The notes beneath the pieces are model-generated. The model was not told the origin of the DNA, searched no databases, and worked only from the letters and a program-made list of their open reading frames with translations. Made by a program: the position numbers and the translations under genes. From Thermoplasmata archaeon (GTDB taxonomy: Archaea; Thermoplasmatota; Thermoplasmata; Lutacidiplasmatales; UBA184), in contig JAKIWX010000001.1 of NCBI GenBank assembly GCA_022749845.1, forward strand, positions 12,387-76,386: a stretch of DNA of 64,000 nt, in the 5' to 3' direction. This document shows, in pieces, positions 9,788-20,500 of the stretch (the first letter of the stretch is position 1; every line of letters begins with the position of its first letter).

Positions 9788-11124
9788 CTAGGGGGTTCCC
9801 TGCTGCGCGAACTGTCGCTCGAGCTGCCGGCGCAACTTCCGGTTGCTGGTGATGCCGTGGGCCGCCTTCCGAGTCGCTTCCCACTGCTTGAGGAGGGCGC
9901 GCACCTCTTGCGGGCGCTGGCCGCTTCCGCGCGCGATCCGCTGGATGCGGTCTCCCTTGACGAGGTGGCCGTCGTCGAGCTCCGCCGGGGTCATGGAGTC
10001 GAGGATCGACCGGTAGCGACGAAGTCGGACCTGGGTGTCGGCCAGCTGCGACTCGTCGAGCTTGGCGCCCCCGATCCCTGGGAGGAAGGAGAACAGCTTC
10101 GAGACCGGACCCATTTCGCCCAGCGAGTCGAGCTGGCTCCGCATGTCCCGGAGGGAGAACCGGCCGCTCATCAGGTGCTCCGCCGCCTTCTTCGCCTCCT
10201 CCTGGTTCGTGAGCTCCTCGAACCGCTCGAGGAGCGTCCGGATGTCCCCCATGCCGAGGAGACGCGAGACGAACCGCGTGGGGTCGAAGTGCTCGAGCTC
10301 GTCGAGGTGCTCCCCCGTGCCGAGGAACAGGATCGGGGCGCCGCTCGTCGCCACCGCGGAGAGGGCACCGCCCCCCTTCGCCGAGCCGTCGAGCTTCGTC
10401 AGCACGACGCCCGTGAGCCCCGCGGTGTCGTGGAACGCCTTCGCGCTTCGCCCGGCGCTCTGGCCCATCGCGGCGTCGAGCACCAGGAGCGTCTCCTCTG
10501 GGTTGAACACCGACCGGACCCGGCCAAGCTCGGCGAGGAGGTCGGGGTCCACGCCGGAGCGCCCGGCGGTGTCGACGATGATCGTCTCGTGGCCCGGGAA
10601 CTTCTCCAGCGCCTCCGCGACGATCTGCTCGGCCCGCTTCTCGGCCCGATTCGAGTAGAAGTCGCAGCCCACCTTCTTCGAAAGCTGCTCGAGCTGGTCG
10701 ACGGCGGCCGGCCGGTGGACATCCGCGGCCACGAGGGCCGCCCGTACCCCCTTCTTCTGGTAGTAGCGGGCGAGCTTCCCGGCGGTCGTCGTCTTCCCTT
10801 GGCCGAAGAGGCCCACGAGGAGGATGCGTCGGGGCCGGTTGTCGAGCGGGCGCTCCTTCCCGAGGATGCCCCGGATCTCCTCGTAGATGATTCGAATGAG
10901 GAAGTCGCGGACGCTCGCCCCCGACGGGGGCTTCTCCTGCGTCGCGCGGGCCCGTACCCGCTTCGTCAGGTCGAGCGCGAGCTGAACGTTGACGTCGGCC
11001 TGGAGGAGCGCACGCTGGATGTCGCGGACGACCTCCCCGAGGAGCGCCTCGTCGACGGTGCTGCTCCGGGCGATCTTCTGGAGCACGCCGCGCAGCGATT
11101 TCCCGAGGGAATCGAGGACCACGA
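9788..11124 (-). CDS. srp54: Signal recognition particle protein SRP54.
   Basis: 'VVLDSLGKSLRGVLQKI' N-domain, G-domain 'LLVGLFGQGKTTTAGKLA' and 'DTAGR', M-domain Met-rich C-terminus. GTG start at about 11124 gives the canonical N-terminus; the longer ATG extension (11206) is unlikely. Confidence 0.9.
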
Positions 11125-11240
11125 GGCACCTCCGAACTTCCGACACCGGAGAGCGGAAAAAGGCTTGGCGCCGGCTTCCGGGGATTCCCTCGCCGAACGA
11201 CCCCACCGGCGCGGGGCAAGGCTCTTATTCCGTGCCACAG

Positions 11241-12731
11241 ATGGAAACGGTGACGTCTATGGTCGAAGCTCCGCCCGCTGGTCCCGCACCGGTCGCGAAG
11301 GCTCCCCCGCCCAAGCTGAACCCGGTACGGGTCCCTATCCCCGAAGAGCAGGTGTCGGAGCGGATCCAGGACTTCCGGGAGATTATCCACGCCTACTCGA
11401 AGGAGGACGCCGTCCTCGAGGCGAAGCGGTGCATCCAGTGCCGGCGACCTTGGTGTGTGGAAGCTTGTCCCATCAACCAGGATTGCCGCGAATACATCAA
11501 GCTCGTCGCGACGGAGGAGTACGACCAGGCCGCCAAGGTGACGTTGAGCGAGAACCCGCTCGCCACGTCCCTGTGCAAGGTCTGCTACAGGTACTGCGAG
11601 GACGCCTGTGTCGTGAAGAAGAAGGGGGTTCCGATCGCGATCCGCGAGCTCAAGCGTTCCTCGCTCGAGCTCGGGAGCTCCGACCTCGTGTACATCCCCT
11701 CGAAGCCAAGGGGCCAGCGCGTCGCGGTCGTGGGCGGCGGGCCTGCCGGCATGATGGGGGCCTGGGAGCTCGGCGTCCGTGGCTACGGCGTCACCGTGTT
11801 CGAGGAGGAGAAGCGGGTCGGCGGGCTCATGCAGACGATCCCGGCCTACCGCATGACGGACGCCGACGTCCAGCAGGACCGGGCACGGTTCCGTGGCCTC
11901 GATGTGACGTGGGTCACCGACCGACGGATTGGGGACGAGTTCTCGCCCGAGAAGCTCCTCGAGGAGGGGTACGCCGCCGTTCTCGTCACGGTCGGCACGC
12001 CCGCCCACCGCGTCCTTTCCGTTCCGGGGGAGGAGCTCCCGGGGGTTTTCCCTGCCCTCCAGCTCCTGAAGCGGATCAACCTGGGCGAGCACGTGAAACT
12101 CGGGAAGAAGGTGGTCGTTGTCGGCGGAGGCGATGTGGCCATGGATTCCATTCGCAGCGCGATCCGCCTCTCCGAGGGGAAGGATGTCACCCTCATCTAC
12201 CGCCGAAGCCGGGGGGAGATGCCGGCGGACCACGAGGAGCTGCTCGGCGCCGAGGAGGAGGGAATCCACTTCCTTTACCAGCGGGCCCCCGTCCGCATCG
12301 TCGGGAACGGCCACGTCGATGGGATCGTCGTCCAATCGATCGAGCTTGGGCCCCCCGACGCGAGCGGGCGACGCTCCCCGGTCCCGGTCCCGGGCTCCGA
12401 GACGACCGTTCCGTGCGACACCGTCATCGTCGCGGTCGGCCAGAAGGCGGACCTACGCGGCTTCTCTCCGGAGCTCGACCTCAAGATTACGACGCAAGGT
12501 TGGCCCGAAGGGAAGGGTCCAGGGTTCTCCTCCTCCGTTCCCGGTGTCTACGCCGCCGGGGGCCGGAGCGTAGTCTACGCCATGGGCGCGGCCACCAAGG
12601 CGGCCGAGGCCATCGACCGCTACCTCTCCGAGAAGCGCGGTGCCCCTCCCTCGACGGCGCGACCCGATCCCTGGGGCGGGGAGAGCACGTGGCACCTTCC
12701 GGCAGGTTACACTCTGCCGATTCGCGTGTAG
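11241..12731 (+). CDS. NAD(P)H-dependent oxidoreductase, glutamate synthase small-subunit (GltD)/SudA-like.
   Basis: Two Cys clusters ('CIQCRRPWCVEACP', 'CKVCYRYCEDAC'), FAD/NAD Rossmann motifs 'VAVVGGGPAGM' and 'VVVVGGGDVAMD'. Start at ATG 11241, internal to the longer ORF-track frame. Confidence 0.75.
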   Translation: METVTSMVEAPPAGPAPVAKAPPPKLNPVRVPIPEEQVSERIQDFREIIHAYSKEDAVLEAKRCIQCRRPWCVEACPINQDCREYIKLVATEEYDQAAKVTLSENPLATSLCKVCYRYCEDACVVKKKGVPIAIRELKRSSLELGSSDLVYIPSKPRGQRVAVVGGGPAGMMGAWELGVRGYGVTVFEEEKRVGGLMQTIPAYRMTDADVQQDRARFRGLDVTWVTDRRIGDEFSPEKLLEEGYAAVLVTVGTPAHRVLSVPGEELPGVFPALQLLKRINLGEHVKLGKKVVVVGGGDVAMDSIRSAIRLSEGKDVTLIYRRSRGEMPADHEELLGAEEEGIHFLYQRAPVRIVGNGHVDGIVVQSIELGPPDASGRRSPVPVPGSETTVPCDTVIVAVGQKADLRGFSPELDLKITTQGWPEGKGPGFSSSVPGVYAAGGRSVVYAMGAATKAAEAIDRYLSEKRGAPPSTARPDPWGGESTWHLPAGYTLPIRV

Positions 12732-12767
12732 GTCGAGGTTCGTACCCGCTTCCGATAGGGAAGGTTC

Positions 12768-15281
12768 ATGGGACGGCGCGCTCCCTCGAACTCTCGAATG
12801 CAGCGCAGCTCCCGGCCCTTCGGGTGGAGCGTTCCCATCTGTGTCCTTGCCGCACTCCTGCTTCTCCCCGGCTCGAGCTTCGCTCAGCCCTCCCGGAGCA
12901 CGACGCCCAACCCCCCTCTCGTCGGTTTCTCCGACGCGGGACTGCCCGCCGCGCTTCGTGTCCCTCTCGCGGAGCGAATGGGCTTCGCGCCTGCGGCGCT
13001 GTCCGAGGTACTCGATCCGCACGTCACGGGAGGGATGCTCGAGATCACCGTGCGGCTCCTTCCCGCCACGAACTCGCTCTTCCTCCCTCGGGCTTCCTCG
13101 GCGCCGCCCCTCGACCTCGCGGAGCTCCGAGCGATGTACGCCCCGCCCCCTAGCGTCTACGAAGGCTGGACGAGCTATCTGCACACCTTCGGGCTGAGCG
13201 TTGGTCCCCTCACTTCCGACGGTATGCAGTTCTCCGCTCACGGCACTGCGAGCGGAGTGGGACACGCGTTCGCAACGACCGTCTACACGGGACTGTACGG
13301 CAACCGGCTAGTCCAGTTCCCGAGCCCGGCGCCGACGCTCCCGCCGGGGCTCTCCTCGAGCGTCGCGGCGGTGCTCGGCCTCTCGAGCGGTTGGTCCGAG
13401 TTCACCTTGCCGTTCGCGACGCAGCAGGCCACGCGCAACCTCATCACCCCGAACGAAGCGCACGACGCCTACCAGCTCAGTGCCCTCTACAACTTCTCGG
13501 GAACCTCGCACTGGGCGAGCTCGGTCTCGATCGCAGTGGTCCTCTGGGGGGAGGGCTACGATGAGAGCGACATCTCGACGTTCTTCAGCCAATACTATCC
13601 CGGCGGCTGGCCGCTTCCGTCGGTGCAGCCGTATCCGGTCGATGGGGCACCCTCCCCCAGCCCGGGCGCGGTGAACGATCCGAGCCAGGCCCCGGTCGAA
13701 CTGACCCTCGACATCGAGTGGGCGGGAGCCACGGCTCCGGGTGCCACGATCGACGCGGTCTACGCCCCCGACGGCCCGTCGGCGAACAACTACTCCCCGA
13801 CGGACGTCGCGCTCGACCACGCCCTCACCCAGGCGGTGGGCATCTCCGGTGTCGAGGTGGTCTCGATGTCCTTCGCGACCTCCGACCAAGCGGACCCCTC
13901 GCTCCAGGCCGCCTTCGAGTCGACGTTCGCCTCTGCGACTTCGCAAGGGATTACCTTCGTCGCCGCGAGCGGCGACAACGGCGGCGCCGCCAAGGCGAAC
14001 GGGGCGTGCACGACGACCGCCCAGCCCGAATATCCGGCGGCCTCGCCCCTGGTGCTGTCGGTGGGGGGGACCGCGCCCGTCCTCGACGTGTCGCTGGGCG
14101 GGACCGTCACGGGGATCAACAACGAGCCCGCTTGGAACGGCTCCGGGGGAGGGACCTCCCTCGTGTACGCTGCCCCGTCGTGGCAGCACGGAGTGTCGTC
14201 GGCGGCGAGCGGCCACCGCGGCATCCCCGATGTCGCGGGTCCGGCCGCGCTCAACTTCCTCTACTTTGGCGGGACCACGCGCCAAGGGGATGGAACGAGC
14301 TTCGCCGCCCCCTTCTGGGCCGGGATCATTGGCGAGATGGACGCCATACGAGGTACGCCGTTCGGTTTCCTCGACCCGAGGATCTACTCGATCGCTGCGG
14401 CCGAACCGAACGGGACCGTCGCCGACAGCTTGGTCGACATTACCGCGGGTGCCAACTGTCTCAACTCCGCCGTCCCAGGTTGGGACACGGTGACGGGCTG
14501 GGGTACGCCACGAGCGGTCCTGCTTTACGAGAACCTCGTCGGCTCCTACGTGCACATGAACCTGAGCGTGAGCCCGGGGACGGTCTCGCCCGGGCAGTCG
14601 CTCACCGCCTCGGTACGGGTGACGAACGCCTCGAGCAACGCCTCGCTCCCGAACCTGCTGGTCCAGTTCTCGTCCACCTCCACAGCTGGCTACGCAGGAC
14701 CGTGCGGGGGTACCTTTTCCAGTGCGAACGGGACCACGAACACCACGGGCTGGGTGAGCGTGAGCCTCGTCGTGTCCAACTGCTACCTTGGGAGCCACGC
14801 CGCGATCACCGCTTCGCTGCTTCAGGGAGGGTACTTCGGGAGCAATTCGACCGCGGTGACGGTGAACCTCATCGGGCTCGCGGCGTTTCTCACCTTCATC
14901 GAGCAGTTCCCGTACAACCTGCTCACCTTCGCGCTGCTCATTCTCGCCGCAGTCCTCATCGGCCGGTCCTTCAGCAACCGCTCCCGCCGGAAGACCGCCG
15001 CGCGGAGGATCGCGAACCCAGGCCCGCCCCGACCCGCGGCGCCGCCCATCGTCGGAGCCCGCGCCGCTTCCCCGCCGACGGCTGTCGCTCCCGTCGCCCC
15101 CGCCGTCGGAGCGACGACGACCTCGGCGCGACGAGCTGCACCCGCACGGCCTCCGGCTCCTGTCGTTTCACCGAGCTGCGCCGTCTGCGGATTCGCGCTC
15201 GACCCCGCGCTCACCTTCTGCCCGCGGTGCGGCAGCTACCGGCCGACGGGCACGGCGAAGGGTCCACCGCCGGCTCCGTAG
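12768..15281 (+). CDS. Sedolisin-family (S53) serine peptidase with signal peptide and pro-domain. A C-terminal TM anchor is followed by a Pro/Ala-rich cytoplasmic tail and a CxxC-x11-CxxC zinc ribbon.
   Basis: Signal 'VPICVLAALLLLPGSSFA'; catalytic Ser motif 'DGTSFAAPFWAGIIGEM'; TM 'LLTFALLILAAVLIG'; tail 'CAVCGFALDPALTFCPRCG'. Confidence 0.75.
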   Translation: MGRRAPSNSRMQRSSRPFGWSVPICVLAALLLLPGSSFAQPSRSTTPNPPLVGFSDAGLPAALRVPLAERMGFAPAALSEVLDPHVTGGMLEITVRLLPATNSLFLPRASSAPPLDLAELRAMYAPPPSVYEGWTSYLHTFGLSVGPLTSDGMQFSAHGTASGVGHAFATTVYTGLYGNRLVQFPSPAPTLPPGLSSSVAAVLGLSSGWSEFTLPFATQQATRNLITPNEAHDAYQLSALYNFSGTSHWASSVSIAVVLWGEGYDESDISTFFSQYYPGGWPLPSVQPYPVDGAPSPSPGAVNDPSQAPVELTLDIEWAGATAPGATIDAVYAPDGPSANNYSPTDVALDHALTQAVGISGVEVVSMSFATSDQADPSLQAAFESTFASATSQGITFVAASGDNGGAAKANGACTTTAQPEYPAASPLVLSVGGTAPVLDVSLGGTVTGINNEPAWNGSGGGTSLVYAAPSWQHGVSSAASGHRGIPDVAGPAALNFLYFGGTTRQGDGTSFAAPFWAGIIGEMDAIRGTPFGFLDPRIYSIAAAEPNGTVADSLVDITAGANCLNSAVPGWDTVTGWGTPRAVLLYENLVGSYVHMNLSVSPGTVSPGQSLTASVRVTNASSNASLPNLLVQFSSTSTAGYAGPCGGTFSSANGTTNTTGWVSVSLVVSNCYLGSHAAITASLLQGGYFGSNSTAVTVNLIGLAAFLTFIEQFPYNLLTFALLILAAVLIGRSFSNRSRRKTAARRIANPGPPRPAAPPIVGARAASPPTAVAPVAPAVGATTTSARRAAPARPPAPVVSPSCAVCGFALDPALTFCPRCGSYRPTGTAKGPPPAP

Positions 15282-15313
15282 GCATAAAGGCCGTTCGCGC
15301 GTAGCCGGGCGAC

Positions 15314-16063
15314 GTGGGTGCGTCGCGCGCTCGGCTGCCGTCGACCGCGGACGAGACGCGCGCCTACATCGACGAGCACCCGTCGATCCGGGACGCGCTG
15401 CGGGACGACCTCGTCAACTTCGCGTTCCTCGCGCGCAAGATCCAGGCGGAACGAGGGATCCGCAACGGCGAGGCGGTGGAAATGGCCTGCCGTCGGTACC
15501 ATCAGGAACTGCGGACCGAGCTCGGCCGCCCTCCAGGCCTCGTGCGGGTGCTCTCTCACAGCCGACTCGAGGTGAGGAGCCGGGTCGCGCTCCTCAGGAT
15601 TCGCGAGGACGCCGGCATCCTCGACCGGCTTTACCAGATCGGCCGCGGGCTCCTCCCGAGCCTCCGACGCCGGGGCATGTTCCAAATGTACCAGGGTACG
15701 CGCGCGCTCACCATCCTGTGCGAGGACGACCTCCTTGCGACGCTCCTCGAAGCGATCCCGGCCCGGGCCGTGCTCGGCGTCGAGCGGGGCCTCGCGAGCG
15801 TCGCCCTCCGGAGCGATTCCGAGGTGGAGGAGACGCCCGGAGTGATCGCCACGTTCGCCGAGGCGCTCTACAGCCAGGGGATCAACTGCATGGAGACGGT
15901 GAGCGTCTACACCGACTCGATCTTCGTCTTCCGCGAGGAGGCGGTCATTCCCGGGTACGCCGCGCTCTCCCACCTGTTGGGGAGCACGGAGGAACCACCG
16001 GCGAGTGCCTCGAAGACCAAAAGGCGACCCAAGTCCCGCCCGGGGACGCCGAAGTCCGGCTAG
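15314..16063 (+). CDS. ACT-domain-like putative small-molecule-binding regulator (paralog 1), possibly related to the COG2150 predicted amino-acid-metabolism regulators.
   Basis: N-terminal 'YIDEHPSIRDALRDDLVNFAFLARKI'; C-terminal ACT-like 'EETPGVIATFAEALYSQGINCMETVSVYTDSIFVF'. About 45% identical by eye to the 16708-17412 protein. Confidence 0.5.
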   Translation: MGASRARLPSTADETRAYIDEHPSIRDALRDDLVNFAFLARKIQAERGIRNGEAVEMACRRYHQELRTELGRPPGLVRVLSHSRLEVRSRVALLRIREDAGILDRLYQIGRGLLPSLRRRGMFQMYQGTRALTILCEDDLLATLLEAIPARAVLGVERGLASVALRSDSEVEETPGVIATFAEALYSQGINCMETVSVYTDSIFVFREEAVIPGYAALSHLLGSTEEPPASASKTKRRPKSRPGTPKSG

Positions 16064-16452
16064 ACCGCGACCGGGGGCTGTTCGACCGAGCGCTCGGTGG
16101 TGGTCCGCGAGCTCTCTTCCCAGGCGCTCTTGCCGTTCAACGCTCCCTGGAGGAGCGCCGAGCGCTCCCGAGCGGTGAGACCCGGGTGGCGGCCGTAGAG
16201 GTGGATCTCGAGGCTCGCCCGGGTGGCGTACTCGCGGGAGCAGACGGGGCAGAGGAAGATGGAAGGATCCCCGGCAAACCGCGCGCACTCGCAGCTCATC
16301 ACGTGGCACGGGATGGGGGTGGTCCGGTCCCGCGGTCGGCTGAAGTGCCGGCGGTTCCGGCCGTCGGGGGGAGCGAGAAGGTAGTGGCTCGCACGCAGGT
16401 GATCACACTGGGTGCAGGGCAGGAGTCTCAGGTGGCGCCTCTGGGTGACCAT
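16060..16452 (-). CDS. Small C2H2-type zinc-finger protein, antisense-embedded between the two ACT-like paralogs.
   Basis: Classic finger 'CPVCSREYATRASLEIHLYGRH' (C-x2-C-x12-H-x4-H) plus an upstream 'CTQCDHLRASH'. Start ambiguous (16452 or 16299). The 3' end overlaps the paralog-1 stop by 4 nt. Confidence 0.5.
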   Translation of the reverse strand: MVTQRRHLRLLPCTQCDHLRASHYLLAPPDGRNRRHFSRPRDRTTPIPCHVMSCECARFAGDPSIFLCPVCSREYATRASLEIHLYGRHPGLTARERSALLQGALNGKSAWEESSRTTTERSVEQPPVAV

Positions 16453-16577
16453 GCGTGCTTGTTCCGCCATCGCGAGGCGCTGGGGAAGGCGGGACCTCGG
16501 TCTCGGCTCCTCGTGGAGTCGGACCCGGGCTCCCGGTTCCCAGTCCTCTCGACGCGGAGGTGCGAGCGGATGACCCC

Positions 16578-16585
16578 GATATATC
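16578..16585. promoter_or_regulatory. Palindromic TATA-like element GATATATC in the divergent region between the C2H2 ZnF gene and ACT-like paralog 2.
   Basis: AT island in a GC-rich spacer. It is about 125 nt from either start, so the leaders would be long. Confidence 0.3.
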
Positions 16586-16707
16586 CCCTCTGTCTCGCCT
16601 CCGACAGCGCTCTGGCGACCTCCGAGGGGGTATCGGGCAGGCGCTCCCGAAGGTGTGGGAAACCTATTGGGAAGGTCCCCGTCTGCCCCCGCCCGTCGAG
16701 CCGGGGG

Positions 16708-17412
16708 ATGACAGGTAGAAAGCAATCCGCCGGCCCCACCGCGGCGGAAATCGCCCGACGGTACATCGACGACCACCCCTCGGTCCGGGACTGTCTCGGC
16801 TACGACATCCTGAACTTCACCTCCCTCGCCCGGCGCATCCGGGCCGAGACGGGGCTCCTCAACCAGGAAGCGGTGGAGGTCGCCTGCCGCCGCTACCGCC
16901 GCCAGATGCGGGTCGACCGACCGCTCGAGCAGCGGGTGATCGAAGTGGTGAAGGCGAGCCGCATCGAAGTACGGACCCGAGTCGTGATCATCACCGTCCC
17001 GAACGACTGGGACCTGCTCGGCCAGGTGCTCGAGTTCGGGCGTAGCCTGATCTCCGACCGCCGGAATCTCCTCCAGCTCCTGCAGGGGCCCGGTGCGCTC
17101 ACCATCCTCTGCGAGGAGGACCTCGCCGACTCGATCCTCACCTCCCTCGGCCGCTCCGCCGCCATCGCCGTGCACCGGCAGCTCTCTGCCCTCACCGTGC
17201 GCAGCCCCGAGGCGATCGTGGAGACGCCCGGCGTGCTCGCCTTCCTCGCGGGGGCGCTCTACCGGGCCGGGATCAACTCCCTCGAACTGATGAGCGTCTA
17301 CACCGACTCTACGTTCGTGGTCCGGGAGAAGGATGTGCTGCACGCCTTCCGTGTGCTCTCCGAGCTGGTGCATCCGCCGGTGACCGAGGCCGGCGAGCCT
17401 CCCCGCGCCTAG
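16708..17412 (+). CDS. ACT-domain-like putative regulator (paralog 2).
   Basis: 'YIDDHPSVRDCLGYDILNFTSLARRI' and '...ALTILCEEDL...ETPGVLAFLAGALYRAGINSLELMSVYTDSTFVV'. ATG at 16708 is internal to a longer spurious frame. Confidence 0.5.
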   Translation: MTGRKQSAGPTAAEIARRYIDDHPSVRDCLGYDILNFTSLARRIRAETGLLNQEAVEVACRRYRRQMRVDRPLEQRVIEVVKASRIEVRTRVVIITVPNDWDLLGQVLEFGRSLISDRRNLLQLLQGPGALTILCEEDLADSILTSLGRSAAIAVHRQLSALTVRSPEAIVETPGVLAFLAGALYRAGINSLELMSVYTDSTFVVREKDVLHAFRVLSELVHPPVTEAGEPPRA

Positions 17413-17472
17413 CCCGTGAACAACCCCGAGAGGGTCAGCGAGCGCCGGGTCGCGCCCGGCGACCCCAAGAGG

Positions 17473-17480
17473 TATAAATA
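17473..17480 (+). promoter_or_regulatory. TATA box (GGTATAAATAA) upstream of SBP2.
   Basis: Strong TATA about 60 nt upstream of ATG 17541. Same AGGTATA(T/A)A core as the tfb promoter. Confidence 0.5.
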
Positions 17481-17540
17481 AACCGCTCCGCTTGCTCGCG
17501 CATCCACCTCGTGGCCGCCGGCCCGGGGACCGGGGCCGTC

Positions 17541-20500
17541 ATGCACGAAACTCCTCCAACCGCACGCAGAGCTCGACTAGGCCAAAGCGCCCGGGCGTTC
17601 AGCACCACCGTCTCGGTGATCATCGTCGCCCTTGCCCTGGTGCTCGTGGGCGTCACGGCGTTCGCCGTCCTGGGGGGGTTCTCGCCGGGCGCGAAGCCGA
17701 GCTGCCAGCCGGCAGGAACTCCCGCCTGCGACGTCTTCACCAACTTCCACGACGTCGCCCTCCACCTCCCCCTCAAATCGATCCAACAGGGCGGTCTCGC
17801 GACCTTCACCGCCACCCTCCCTTCCGGTGAGACGGCGACCTCGTACTCCTTCAACTTCGGCGACGGAAGCAAGATCGCTACGGGCACCACGGCCTCCGTT
17901 GCTCACGTGTTCCAGACGCCGGGGATGTACCTCGTTGGCGTGACGGCGCTCATCGCAGGGAAGCCCCACGACAACTACCAGTCGCTTGTCCAGGTGGCGG
18001 TGACCCCTTCCTTCGCGGCCGACACGAACCTGACGCTCCCCGGCATCTCGGGGAAGGTCGTCACGAACAGCACCCCCTCGGGCGCCGGGCTCCCGGCGAC
18101 CGCCGTCATCTCCCTCGGGGGCACCGTCACCCTCTCCGCGACCTACACGAGCGCGCCCACGAACCCGCTCTGGCAGGAGGTACCTCCGAAGCTCGTCTAC
18201 CCCACGGGCGTGACCCTGTCGAAGGGTGGGAACCTCACCGCCACCAGCGCGGGAGGGACCTTCCAGTTCACCCAGGCCGGTACCTTCACGCTCGCGGTCC
18301 AGGGCGGATCCACCGACCTGGTCACCGTGAACAGTTCGACCCCGCCCCTCGTCTATCAGAACTTCAGCTGGACCGTCTTCGTCTTCGCGCCTCCCCTTCA
18401 CGCGGGCGTGCAGGGCGCGGCGCCCCCCGTGAGCCCCCACCCCGGCACGATCATCGTCTACGAGGACCTTCCGGGCGGCGCCCGCACGGCGGACCCGGCG
18501 ATCGCCTACGACACAGGTTCCTACGAGGCGATCGCGAACGTCTACCAGCCGCTCATCACCTACAACGGCACCCAGAGCGGCCCCACGCCGGACGTCTTCG
18601 TTCCCGTGATCGCCACCTGCGTTCCCGGCCCGAACAGCGCGAGCTGCGCGAAGCTCTACGGCGGGGCGACGCTCTTCGACGCGACCACGCAGAGCTACAC
18701 CTTCGTCATCTCGAGCGCCCCCCACTTCTACGACCCGCGCTCCGGCGGCAGCTGGGGCGTCTACCCTTCGGACGTCGTCTTCTCCGTCGCCCGAACGCTC
18801 GGCTTCGGGGTCCAGCCGTGCGTCGGCTGCAATAACGGCTGGATCCTCTCCCAAGCGCTCCTCGGGCCCGGCAACTTCCTGTGGGACTCGCTCCACGGCC
18901 CCTACAACAACACGCCGCTCGACATCCTGAACTCGATGAGCGTGAACGACAGCCTCTGCGCCTCCCTCACGGGGGCGATGACGACCGACCACGGCTGCGT
19001 CACCTTCCACGCCAACGGCCACGGGCAGCCGTGGCCCTACTTCCTCGAGCTGGTCGCGGACCAGCTGGGCGGCTCGATCGTCCCCTGCGGCTGGTTCTCC
19101 GCGGTGGGCCAGGGCGCGGGCATACCGTACTGGACCGCGGGCAACTCCTCGGGGAACGGCGACCATCCCTGCCAGATGCCCGGCACGGGCGGCTACGGTC
19201 TGCCGGCAGCCTCCATCCCGTACCAGGGCTGGGACCAGTGGGAGACGATCGGCTCGGGCGCCACCGGAAAGTTCGTCGGCAGCGTGCAGTACAACATGGT
19301 GGGCTCGGGCCCGTACTACAGCGCGAACTACGAGGTCGGGATCGCCTACGAGCTCAAGGCGAGCCCCGCCTACGCCCCCAACCCGTACTGCACGTGGCTC
19401 GGCTGCTACCCGCAGCCCGGAAAGTACGCGAACACGGTGCAGGTGACCTGGGAGAGCGACATCACCGAGGGGGAGCAGGCGCTCGCCACCGGCGTCGCGG
19501 ACTTCGCGGCGGTCCCCTCGACCGACCTCTCCTTCCTCATCCAGCTCATCAACAAGGGGCAGGTGAACGCCGAGTCGACCCCGACGCTCAACATCGGGTT
19601 CGAGCCGTTCAACCTGAACTTCAACGTCGGCGTGGCGACACAGTACACGACGCAGCCGATCACCATCCCGAACGACTTCTTCGCCCACCTCGGGATGCGC
19701 CAGTTCTTGGTGCACACCTACCCGTACCAGACCGTCCAGACGACGATCAACACCCGGGACGGGATCACGCTCGGCTTCCTTTACGGCGGTGCGATCCCCC
19801 AGTTCATGGCGAACTACTACCCGAAGGACATCGCCTGGCCCTCGGGGGACCCGTGCAACACCGCGGCCAACGCCTCGTGCGCGGGCTACTGGTGGGCGCA
19901 GCTCCACAACGCGAGCGGCCCCTACTTCGACCCCGAGGTCGCCGGCTGCTCCTCCTCCACCCCGTGCCAGTTCCCTGTGTTCGGGTCCACGGGGGACCCG
20001 ACGGGGGACGAGGTGCTCGCGCTCTGGACGAACTGGGTGGCCACGGAGAGCGGGGGCGCGATCAAGATGAACCCGGTGGACGTGAACTTCAACACGCTCC
20101 TCCTCCTCTCGCAATCCTCGACCGCCGGGACGAACCCGATGCCCATCTACGGTCTCGGCTGGGCCCCCGACTACCCGGACCCGACCGACTACACGACGCC
20201 GCTCTACCTCCCGAACGCGACGTACACGCTGGGGAACTCCATGGAGGAGTCGCTCCTTACCGCCGCCTTCTCGCAGGGCTCCTGCGCGAACCCCTCGAGC
20301 GACTACAACTACTACGCGAACAACAGCTTCCCCGAGGGCTGCCAGGCGATCGCCTACAAGGCGATGGTCAAGCTGCTCGGGACCGCGGGCGCGACGCCGG
20401 CGGGCCCGCTGCGCGTCCTCCTGTACGACCTCTCGGAGAAGATCGCGAACCGCCTCGCGCTCTACGTCTACACCTCCCAGGGGAACTCGCTCGTCACCGC

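Noticed and set aside
9179-13153. 1324-aa open frame on the + strand spanning srp54 (antisense) and the GltD-like gene (alternate frame). Similar giant frames occur at 9567-12335 (-) and 17577-20945 (-, 1122 aa).
   Set aside because: The translations are dominated by Arg/Gly/Pro/Ala with no recognisable motifs, and they overlap genes with strong family signatures. This is a typical GC-rich stop-codon-poor artefact.
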